Origin: Laetmonice hystrix
Lineage: Eukaryota
Reading direction: 5' to 3'
DNA length: 64,000 bases
Assembly: GCA_965235115.1 (NCBI GenBank)
Contig: OZ249436.1
Coordinates: 51,958,001 to 52,022,000 of the forward strand
The notes beneath the pieces were generated by a model. That model was not told the origin of the DNA, ran no database searches, and worked only from the letters and a program-made list of their open reading frames with translations. Of the stretch, positions 53,407 through 64,000 are shown piece by piece. Made by a program: the position numbers and the translations under genes. The first letter of the stretch is position 1. Each line of letters begins with the position of its first letter.

Positions 53407-55983
53407 GCAGGCACCTGTGGCTCTGAGGCGAGAGACAGGTTAAAGCAATGATAAGCGAAGAAAGGCTACATTTTTGATACGTCCAATCGAAACTACGCCC
53501 CCCCCCCCCCATAATTATGATTCTTAGGCCAGATGTATGACTATCAAACGTATAGGTCTCGTACGTTCGCTACAGATATATCTGGTTGTGATGTGTAGGC
53601 CAATGTACACTTCCCATTTGAGTACCTTTTCCAGATTTTAACATTAGATGCTCCTCGCCTGTAGCTTTCTTTTTCCACAACCTCACTGTAGTGTTTCCAT
53701 GGCTACTACGCCAGTCTGTAAGATGTAGGGACTTCTCACTCTACTGGTTGGCCTCCTACACTGCTTGGCCCCACAGTGTACTGTTTGGCCTCACTGTAGT
53801 GTTCGATTGGCTGCTAGGCCGGCCAGTATACCCTGTAGCGATTCCCCCTGTACTGTTTGGCCTCCCTGTACCGTTTGCTTGTATACAAGAGTAGCCAGTA
53901 GTATAGGGACGCCTCATGTTTCATGTTTCCATGCCTTTATTGTCCAGGAGGCAGGCAATACGTTTCGTCTATATCATCTACTCCAATCTAATCTGTGTCC
54001 CCTACAGACCATCTGTAAGCGTCCGACAACGTTGTCAGGTCGTCCCAATGACTGTTTGCCGTAAAGGTTTAGTTACCAATGGCAAATGACGTTTTACGCC
54101 TTTGCTATATCAGATATCCCATCCCCAAGTAACAAACAAACAAAGAAGGATGACACAGAGATGTTCCAGGCAGAAAACACCAGGGTGCAGTGAAGGGGCG
54201 GCGGCCGCTGCGACTGCACTGCTACCTTCCGGCTAGCGGTGAAACCACCACCTGACCGGGCTGGCAGGCACCTGTGGCTCTGAGGCGAGAGACAGGTTAA
54301 AGCAATGATAAGCGAAAAAAGGCTACATTTTTGATACGTCCAATCGAAACTACGCCCCCCATAATTATGATTCTTAGGCCAGATGTATGACTATCAAACG
54401 TATAGGTCTCGTACGTTCGCTACAGATATATCTGGTTGTGATGTGTAGGCCAATGTACACTTCCCATTTGAGTATCTTTTCCAGATTTTAACATTAGATG
54501 CTCCTCGCCTGTAGCTTTCTTTTTCCACAACCTCACTTTAGTGTTTGCATGGCTACTACGCCAGTCTGTAAGATGTAGGGACTTCTCACTCTACTGGTTG
54601 GCCTCCTACACTGCTTGGCCCCACAGTGTACTGTTTGGCCTCACTGTAGTGTTCGCTTGGCTGCTAGGCCGGTCAGTATACCCTGTAGCGATTCCCCCTG
54701 TACTGTTTGGCCTCCCTGTACCGTTTGCTTGTATACAAGAGTAGCCAGTAGTATAGGGACGCCTCATGTTTCATGTTTCCATGCCTTTATTGTCCAGGAG
54801 GCAGGCCATACGTTTCGTCTATGTCATCTACTCCAATCTAATCTGTGTCCCCTACAGACCATCTGTAAGCGTCCGACAACGTTGTCAGGTCGTCCCAATG
54901 ACTGTTTGCCGTAAAGGTTTAGTTAACAATGGCAAATGACGTTTTACGCCTTTTCTATATCAGATATCCCATCCCCAAGTAACAAACAAACAAAGAAGGA
55001 TGACACAGAGATGTTGCAGGCAGAAAACACCAGGGTGCAGTGAAGGGGCGGCGGCCGCTGCGACTGCACTGCTACCTTCCGGCTAGCGGTGGAACCACCA
55101 CCTGGCCGGGCTGGCAGGCACCTGTGGCTCTGAGGCGAGAGACAGGTTAAAGCAATGATAAGCGAAGAAAGGCTACATTTTTGATACGTCCAATCGAAAC
55201 TACGCCCCCCCCCCCCATAATTATGATTCTTAGGCCAGATGTATGACTATCAAACGTATAGGTCTCGTACGTTCGCTCCAGATATATCTGGTTGTGATGT
55301 GTAGGCCAATGTACACTTCCCATTTGAGTATCTTTTCCAGATTTTAACATTAGATGCTCCTCGCATGTAGCTTTCTTTTTCCACAACCTCACTGTAGTGT
55401 TTGCATGGCTACTACGCCAGTCTGTAAGATGTAGGGACTTCTCACTCTACTGGTTGGCCTCCTACACTGCTTGGCCCCACAGTGTACTGTTTGGCCTCAC
55501 TGTAGTGTTCGCTTGGCTGCTAGGCCGGTCAGTATACCCTGTAGCGATTCCCCCTGTACTGTTTGGCCTCCCTGTACCGTTTGCTTGTATACAAGAGTAG
55601 CCAGTAGTATAGGGACGCCTCATGTTTCATGTTTCCATGCCTTTATTGTCCAGGAGGCAGGCCATACGTTTCGTCTATGTCATCTACTCCAATCTAATCT
55701 GTGTCCCCTACAGACCATCTGTAAGCGTCCGACAACGTTGTCAGGTCGTCCCAATGACTGTTTGCCGTAAAGGTTTAGTTAACAATGGCAAATGACGTTT
55801 TACGCCTTTTCTATATCAGATATCCCATCTCCAAGTAACAAACAAACAAAGAAGGATGACACAGAGATGTTGCAGGCAGAAAACACCAGGGTGCAGTGAA
55901 GGGGCGGCGGCCGCTGCGACTGCACTGCTACCTTCCGGCTAGCGGTGGAACCACCACCTGGCCGGGCTGGCAGGCACCTGTGG

Positions 55984-56254
55984 GTGGGGTGGGTGGGTAT
56001 TTGGGGTTTTACGCCTTGCAACAGCCAGGGTCATATCAGGGCGGTGACGATGAGATGAAAGTCAGTTTTTCTTGGTGGAGGAAACCGGAGTACCCGGAGG
56101 AAACCACCGACCTTCGGGAAGGAACTGACTGACAAACCTTTCACACATGCAGCCCAGGCCGGGAATCGAACCCGGGTCGCAGCGGTGTGAGGCGATGGTC
56201 CTAGGTGTCATGATGGAGCCGACACCTTAGACCACTCGGCCACCCGAGGCCCCC
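55984..56254 (-). mobile_element. tRNA-derived SINE, copy 3
   Basis: Same element and TSD (55970-55983, 56255-56268); private SNP CATATCAGG versus CATATCACG. Confidence 0.93.
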
Positions 56255-57973
56255 GCAGGCACCTGTGGCTCTGAGGCGAGAGACAGGTTAAAGCAATGAT
56301 AAGCGAAGAAAGGCTACATTTTTGATACGTCCAATCGAAACTACGCCCCCCCCCCCATAATTATGATTCTTAGGCCAGATGTATGACTATCAAACGTATA
56401 GGTCTCGTACGTTCGCTACAGATATATCTGGTTGTGATGTGTAGGCCAATGTACACTTCCCATTTGAGTACCTTTTCCAGATTTTAACATTAGATGCTCC
56501 TCGCCTGTAGCTTTCTTTTTCCACAACCTCACTGTAGTGTTTGCATCGCTACTACGCCAGTCTGTAAGATGTAGGGACTTCTCACTCTACTGGTTGGCCT
56601 CCTACACTGCTTGGCCCCACAGTGTACTGTTTGGCCTCACTGTAGTGTTCGATTGGCTGCTAGGCCGGCCAGTATACCCTGTAGCGATTCCCCCTGTACT
56701 GTTTTGCCTCCCTGTACCGTTTGCTTGTATACAAGAGTAGCCAGTAGTATAGGGACGCCTCATGTTTCATGTTTCCATGCCTTTATTGTCCAGGAGGCAG
56801 GCAATACGTTTCGTCTATATCATCTACTCCAATCTAATCTGTGTCCCCTACAGACCATCTGTAAGCGTCCGACAACGTTGTCAGGTCGTCCCAATGACTG
56901 TTTGCCGTAAAGGTTTAGTTACCAATGGCAAATGACGTTTTACGCCTTTGCTATATCAGATATCCCATCCCCAAGTAACAAACAAACAAAGAAGGATGAC
57001 ACAGAGATGTTCCAGGCAGAAAACACCAGGGTGCAGTGAAGGGGCGGCGGCCGCTGCGACTGCACTGCTACCTTCCGGCTAGCGGTGAAACCACCACCTG
57101 ACCGGGCTGGCAGGCACCTGTGGCTCTGAGGCGAGAGACAGGTTAAAGCAATGATAAGCGAAAAAAGGCTACATTTTTGATACGTCCAATCGAAACTACG
57201 CCCCCCATAATTATGATTCTTAGGCCAGATGTATGACTATCAAACGTATAGGTCTCGTACGTTCGCTACAGATATATCTGGTTGTGATGTGTAGGCCAAT
57301 GTACACTTCCCATTTGAGTATCTTTTCCAGATTTTAACATTAGATGCTCCTCGCATGTAGCTTTCTTTTTCCACAACCTCACTGTAGTGTTTGCATGGCT
57401 ACTACGCCAGTCTGTAAGATGTAGGGACTTCTCACTCTACTGGTTGGCCTCCTACACTGCTTGGCCCCACAGTGTACTGTTTGGCCTCACTGTAGTGTTC
57501 GCTTGGCTGCTAGGCCGGTCAGTATACCCTGTAGCGATTCCCCCTGTACTGTTTGGCCTCCCTGTACCGTTTGCTTGTATACAAGAGTAGCCAGTAGTAT
57601 AGGGACGCCTCATGTTTCATGTTTCCATGCCTTTATTGTCCAGGAGGCAGGCCATACGTTTCGTCTATGTCATCTACTCCAATCTAATCTGTGTCCCCTA
57701 CAGACCATCTGTAAGCGTCCGACAACGTTGTCAGGTCGTCCCAATGACTGTTTGCCGTAAAGGTTTAGTTAACAATGGCAAATGACGTTTTACGCCTTTT
57801 CTATATCAGATATCCCATCTCCAAGTAACAAACAAACAAAGAAGGATGACACAGAGATGTTGCAGGCAGAAAACACCAGGGTGCAGTGAAGGGGCGGCGG
57901 CCGCTGCGACTGCACTGCTACCTTCCGGCTAGCGGTGGAACCACCACCTGGCCGGGCTGGCAGGCACCTGTGG

Positions 57974-58244
57974 GTGGGGTGGGTGGGTATTTGGGGTTTT
58001 ACGCCTTGCAACAGCCAGGGTCATATCACGGCGGTGACGATGAGATGAAAGTCAGTTTTTCTTGGTGGAGGAAACCGGAGTACCCGGAGGAAACCACCGA
58101 CCTTCGGGAAGGAACTGACTGACAAACCTTTCACACATGCAGCCCAGGCCGGGAATCGAACCCGGGTCGCAGCGGTGTGAGGCGATGGTCCTAGGTGTCA
58201 TGATGGAGCCGACACCTTAGACCACTCGGCCACCCGAGGCCCCC
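57974..58244 (-). mobile_element. tRNA-derived SINE, copy 4
   Basis: Same element and TSD (57960-57973, 58245-58258). Confidence 0.93.
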
Positions 58245-60818
58245 GCAGGCACCTGTGGCTCTGAGGCGAGAGACAGGTTAAAGCAATGATAAGCGAAGAA
58301 AGGCTACATTTTTGATACGTCCAATCGAAACTACGCCCCCCCCCCCATAATTATGATTCTTAGGCCAGATGTATGACTATCAAACGTATAGGTCTCGTAC
58401 GTTCGCTACAGATATATCTGGTTGTGATGTGTAGGCCAATGTACACTTCCCATTTGAGTACCTTTTCCAGATTTTAACATTAGATGCTCCTCGCCTGTAG
58501 CTTTCTTTTTCCACAACCTCACTGTAGTGTTTGCATGGCTACTACGCCAGTCTGTAAGATGTAGGGACTTCTCACTCTACTGGTTGGCCTCCTACACTGC
58601 TTGGCCCCACAGTGTACTGTTTGGCCTCACTGTAGTGTTCGATTGGCTGCTAGGCCGGCCAGTATACCCTGTAGCGATTCCCCCTGTACTGTTTGGCCTC
58701 CCTGTACCGTTTGCTTGTATACAAGAGTAGCCAGTAGTATAGGGACGCCTCATGTTTCATGTTTCCATGCCTTTATTGTCCAGGAGGCAGGCAATACGTT
58801 TCGTCTATATCATCTACTCCAATCTAATCTGTGTCCCCTACAGACCATCTGTAAGCGTCCGACAACGTTGTCAGGTCGTCCCAATGACTGTTTGCCGTAA
58901 AGGTTTAGTTACCAATGGCAAATGACGTTTTACGCCTTTGCTATATCAGATATCCCATCCCCAAGTAACAAACAAACAAAGAAGGATGACACAGAGATGT
59001 TCCAGGCAGAAAACACCAGGGTGCAGTGAAGGGGCGGCGGCCGCTGCGACTGCACTGCTACCTTCCGGCTAGCGGTGAAACCACCACCTGACCGGGCTGG
59101 CAGGCACCTGTGGCTCTGAGGCGAGAGACAGGTTAAAGCAATGATAAGCGAAAAAAGGCTACATTTTTGATACGTCCAATCGAAACTACGCCCCCCATAA
59201 TTATGATTCTTAGGCCAGATGTATGACTATCAAACGTATAGGTCTCGTACGTTCGCTACAGATATATCTGGTTGTGATGTGTAGGCCAATGTACACTTCC
59301 CATTTGAGTATCTTTTCCAGATTTTAACATTAGATGCTCCTCGCCTGTAGCTTTCTTTTTCCACAACCTCACTTTAGTGTTTGCATGGCTACTACGCCAG
59401 TCTGTAAGATGTAGGGACTTCTCACTCTACTGGTTGGCCTCCTACACTGCTTGGCCCCACAGTGTACTGTTTGGCCTCACTGTAGTGTTCGCTTGGCTGC
59501 TAGGCCGGTCAGTATACCCTGTAGCGATTCCCCCTGTACTGTTTGGCCTCCCTGTACCGTTTGCTTGTATACAAGAGTAGCCAGTAGTATAGGGACGCCT
59601 CATGTTTCATGTTTCCATGCCTTTATTGTCCAGGAGGCAGGCCATACGTTTCGTCTATGTCATCTACTCCAATCTAATCTGTGTCCCCTACAGACCATCT
59701 GTAAGCGTCCGACAACGTTGTCAGGTCGTCCCAATGACTGTTTGCCGTAAAGGTTTAGTTAACAATGGCAAATGACGTTTTACGCCTTTTCTATATCAGA
59801 TATCCCATCCCCAAGTAACAAACAAACAAAGAAGGATGACACAGAGATGTTGCAGGCAGAAAACACCAGGGTGCAGTGAAGGGGCGGCGGCCGCTGCGAC
59901 TGCACTGCTACCTTCCGGCTAGCGGTGGAACCACCACCTGGCCGGGCTGGCAGGCACCTGTGGCTCTGAGGCGAGAGACAGGTTAAAGCAATGATAAGCG
60001 AAGAAAGGCTACATTTTTGATACGTCCAATCGAAACTACGCCCCCCCCCCCATAATTATGATTCTTAGGCCAGATGTATGACTATCAAACGTATAGGTCT
60101 CGTACGTTCGCTCCAGATATATCTGGTTGTGATGTGTAGGCCAATGTACACTTCCCATTTGAGTATCTTTTCCAGATTTTAACATTAGATGCTCCTCGCA
60201 TGTAGCTTTCTTTTTCCACAACCTCACTGTAGTGTTTGCATGGCTACTACGCCAGTCTGTAAGATGTAGGGACTTCTCACTCTACTGGTTGGCCTCCTAC
60301 ACTGCTTGGCCCCACAGTGTACTGTTTGGCCTCACTGTAGTGTTCGCTTGGCTGCTAGGCCGGTCAGTATACCCTGTAGCGATTCCCCCTGTACTGTTTG
60401 GCCTCCCTGTACCGTTTGCTTGTATACAAGAGTAGCCAGTAGTATAGGGACGCCTCATGTTTCATGTTTCCATGCCTTTATTGTCCAGGAGGCAGGCCAT
60501 ACGTTTCGTCTATGTCATCTACTCCAATCTAATCTGTGTCCCCTACAGACCATCTGTAAGCGTCCGACAACGTTGTCAGGTCGTCCCAATGACTGTTTGC
60601 CGTAAAGGTTTAGTTAACAATGGCAAATGACGTTTTACGCCTTTTCTATATCAGATATCCCATCTCCAAGTAACAAACAAACAAAGAAGGATGACACAGA
60701 GATGTTGCAGGCAGAAAACACCAGGGTGCAGTGAAGGGGCGGCGGCCGCTGCGACTGCACTGCTACCTTCCGGCTAGCGGTGGAACCACCACCTGGCCGG
60801 GCTGGCAGGCACCTGTGG

Positions 60819-61089
60819 GTGGGGTGGGTGGGTATTTGGGGTTTTACGCCTTGCAACAGCCAGGGTCATATCACGGCGGTGACGATGAGATGAAAGTCAG
60901 TTTTTCTTGGTGGAGGAAACCGGAGTACCCGGAGGAAACCACCGACCTTCGGGAAGGAACTGACTGACAAACCTTTCACACATGCAGCCCAGGCCGGGAA
61001 TCGAACCCGGGTCGCAGCGGTGTGAGGCGATGGTCCTAGGTGTCATGATGGAGCCGACACCTTAGACCACTCGGCCACCCGAGGCCCCC
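60819..61089 (-). mobile_element. tRNA-derived SINE, copy 5
   Basis: Same element and TSD (60805-60818, 61090-61103). Confidence 0.93.
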
Positions 61090-63663
61090 GCAGGCACCTG
61101 TGGCTCTGAGGCGAGAGACAGGTTAAAGCAATGATAAGCGAAGAAAGGCTACATTTTTGATACGTCCAATCGAAACTACGCCCCCCCCCCATAATTATGA
61201 TTCTTAGGCCAGATGTATGACTATCAAACCTATAGGTCTCGTACGTTCGCTACAGATATATCTGGTTGTGATGTGTAGGCCAATGTACACTTCCCATTTG
61301 AGTACCTTTTCCAGATTTTAACATTAGATGCTCCTCGCCTGTAGCTTTCTTTTTCCACAACCTCACTGTAGTGTTTGCATGGCTACTACGCCAGTCTGTA
61401 AGATGTAGGGACTTCTCACTCTACTGGTTGGCCTCCTACACTGCTTGGCCCCACAGTGTACTGTTTGGCCTCACTGTAGTGTTCGATTGGCTGCTAGGCC
61501 GGCCAGTATACCCTGTAGCGATTCCCCCTGTACTGTTTGGCCTCCCTGTACCGTTTGCTTGTATACAAGAGTAGCCAGTAGTATAGGGACGCCTCATGTT
61601 TCATGTTTCCATGCCTTTATTGTCCAGGAGGCAGGCAATACGTTTCGTCTATATCATCTACTCCAATCTAATCTGTGTCCCCTACAGACCATCTGTAAGC
61701 GTCCGACAACGTTGTCAGGTCGTCCCAATGACTGTTTGCCGTAAAGGTTTAGTTACCAATGGCAAATGACGTTTTACGCCTTTGCTATATCAGATATCCC
61801 ATCCCCAAGTAACAAACAAACAAAGAAGGATGACACAGAGATGTTCCAGGCAGAAAACACCAGGGTGCAGTGAAGGGGCGGCGGCCGCTGCGACTGCACT
61901 GCTACCTTCCGGCTAGCGGTGAAACCACCACCTGACCGGGCTGGCAGGCACCTGTGGCTCTGAGGCGAGAGACAGGTTAAAGCAATGATAAGCGAAAAAA
62001 GGCTACATTTTTGATACGTCCAATCGAAACTACGCCCCCCATAATTATGATTCTTAGGCCAGATGTATGACTATCAAACGTATAGGTCTCGTACGTTCGC
62101 TACAGATATATCTGGTTGTGATGTGTAGGCCAATGTACACTTCCCATTTGAGTATCTTTTCCAGATTTTAACATTAGATGCTCCTCGCCTGTAGCTTTCT
62201 TTTTCCACAACCTCACTTTAGTGTTTGCATGGCTACTACGCCAGTCTGTAAGATGTAGGGACTTCTCACTCTACTGGTTGGCCTCCTACACTGCTTGGCC
62301 CCACAGTGTACTGTTTGGCCTCACTGTAGTGTTCGCTTGGCTGCTAGGCCGGTCAGTATACCCTGTAGCGATTCCCCCTGTACTGTTTGGCCTCCCTGTA
62401 CCGTTTGCTTGTATACAAGAGTAGCCAGTAGTATAGGGACGCCTCATGTTTCATGTTTCCATGCCTTTATTGTCCAGGAGGCAGGCCATACGTTTCGTCT
62501 ATGTCATCTACTCCAATCTAATCTGTGTCCCCTACAGACCATCTGTAAGCGTCCGACAACGTTGTCAGGTCGTCCCAATGACTGTTTGCCGTAAAGGTTT
62601 AGTTAACAATGGCAAATGACGTTTTACGCCTTTTCTATATCAGATATCCCATCCCCAAGTAACAAACAAACAAAGAAGGATGACACAGAGATGTTGCAGG
62701 CAGAAAACACCAGGGTGCAGTGAAGGGGCGGCGGCCGCTGCGACTGCACTGCTACCTTCCGGCTAGCGGTGGAACCACCACCTGGCCGGGCTGGCAGGCA
62801 CCTGTGGCTCTGAGGCGAGAGACAGGTTAAAGCAATGATAAGCGAAGAAAGGCTACATTTTTGATACGTCCAATCGAAACTACGCCCCCCCCCCCCATAA
62901 TTATGATTCTTAGGCCAGATGTATGACTATCAAACGTATAGGTCTCGTACGTTCGCTCCAGATATATCTGGTTGTGATGTGTAGGCCAATGTACACTTCC
63001 CATTTGAGTATCTTTTCCAGATTTTAACATTAGATGCTCCTCGCATGTAGCTTTCTTTTTCCACAACCTCACTGTAGTGTTTGCATGGCTACTACGCCAG
63101 TCTGTAAGATGTAGGGACTTCTCACTCTACTGGTTGGCCTCCTACACTGCTTGGCCCCACAGTGTACTGTTTGGCCTCACTGTAGTGTTCGCTTGGCTGC
63201 TAGGCCGGTCAGTATACCCTGTAGCGATTCCCCCTGTACTGTTTGGCCTCCCTGTACCGTTTGCTTGTATACAAGAGTAGCCAGTAGTATAGGGACGCCT
63301 CATGTTTCATGTTTCCATGCCTTTATTGTCCAGGAGGCAGGCCATACGTTTCGTCTATGTCATCTACTCCAATCTAATCTGTGTCCCCTACAGACCATCT
63401 GTAAGCGTCCGACAACGTTGTCAGGTCGTCCCAATGACTGTTTGCCGTAAAGGTTTAGTTAACAATGGCAAATGACGTTTTACGCCTTTTCTATATCAGA
63501 TATCCCATCTCCAAGTAACAAACAAACAAAGAAGGATGACACAGAGATGTTGCAGGCAGAAAACACCAGGGTGCAGTGAAGGGGCGGCGGCCGCTGCGAC
63601 TGCACTGCTACCTTCCGGCTAGCGGTGGAACCACCACCTGGCCGGGCTGGCAGGCACCTGTGG

Positions 63664-63934
63664 GTGGGGTGGGTGGGTATTTGGGGTTTTACGCCTTGCA
63701 ACAGCCAGGGTCATATCACGGCGGTGACGATGAGATGAAAGTCAGCTTTTCTTGGTGGAGGAAACCGGAGTACCCGGAGGAAACCACCGACCTTCGGGAA
63801 GGAACTGACTGACAAACCTTTCACACATGCAGCCCAGGCCGGGAATCGAACCCGGGTCGCAGCGGTGTGAGGCGATGGTCCTAGGTGTCATGATGGAGCC
63901 GACACCTTAGACCACTCGGCCACCCGAGGCCCCC
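63664..63934 (-). mobile_element. tRNA-derived SINE, copy 6
   Basis: Same element and TSD (63650-63663, 63935-63948); private SNP GTCAGCTTTT versus GTCAGTTTTT. Confidence 0.93.
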
Positions 63935-64000
63935 GCAGGCACCTGTGGCTCTGAGGCGAGAGACAGGTTAAAGCAATGATAAGCGAAGAAAGGCTACATT

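Larger units (their letters stand above)
1..64000. repeat. Tandem satellite/macrosatellite array, ~848-858 bp monomer, ~75 copies, head-to-tail, extends beyond both window edges
   Basis: The same sequence recurs every ~850 bp (TATAGGTCTCGTACG at 1, 851, 1703...; equivalent ORF-track starts at 141, 993, 1843, 2694 ... 63077). Copies differ by scattered SNPs, 1-2 bp indels, a variable poly-C tract, four deleted monomers and six SINE-bearing monomers. Confidence 0.99.
50704..64000. repeat. Higher-order repeat, ~2845 bp, three monomer types A-B-C with C carrying the SINE; one copy lacks B (1990 bp)
   Basis: Type A monomers (GTTCGATTGG, GGCAATACG, GTTACC, CCTGACCG) start at 50844, 53691, 56537, 58527 and 61371 in the ORF track; SINE spacings are 2848, 1990, 2845 and 2845 bp. 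Confidence 0.9.

Noticed and set aside
1..64000. CRISPR array or prokaryotic system
   Set aside because: The entire unit repeats with no unique spacers, there are no cas-like or other credible genes, and the SINE indicates a eukaryote.

Overview
The whole 64 kb window is one head-to-tail tandem array (satellite/macrosatellite) of a ~850 bp monomer, about 75 copies by my count, very similar to one another and running off both ends. No protein-coding gene, rRNA, genuine tRNA gene or CRISPR array is supported; the ORF track only echoes the repeat. The only foreign sequence is a 271 bp tRNA-derived SINE on the minus strand, with A and B boxes and a V-SINE-like central domain. It sits between 14 bp target-site duplications at exactly the same monomer position six times (49.0-63.9 kb). 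I infer one insertion that was then amplified inside a young ~2.85 kb three-monomer higher-order repeat. The array also shows deletion-derived short monomers, multi-kb duplications, regional subfamilies, an 18 bp internal sub-repeat and a GC-rich hairpin-rich block of unknown function. The SINE points to an animal genome, probably an invertebrate (inference). All alignments and folds were done by eye.
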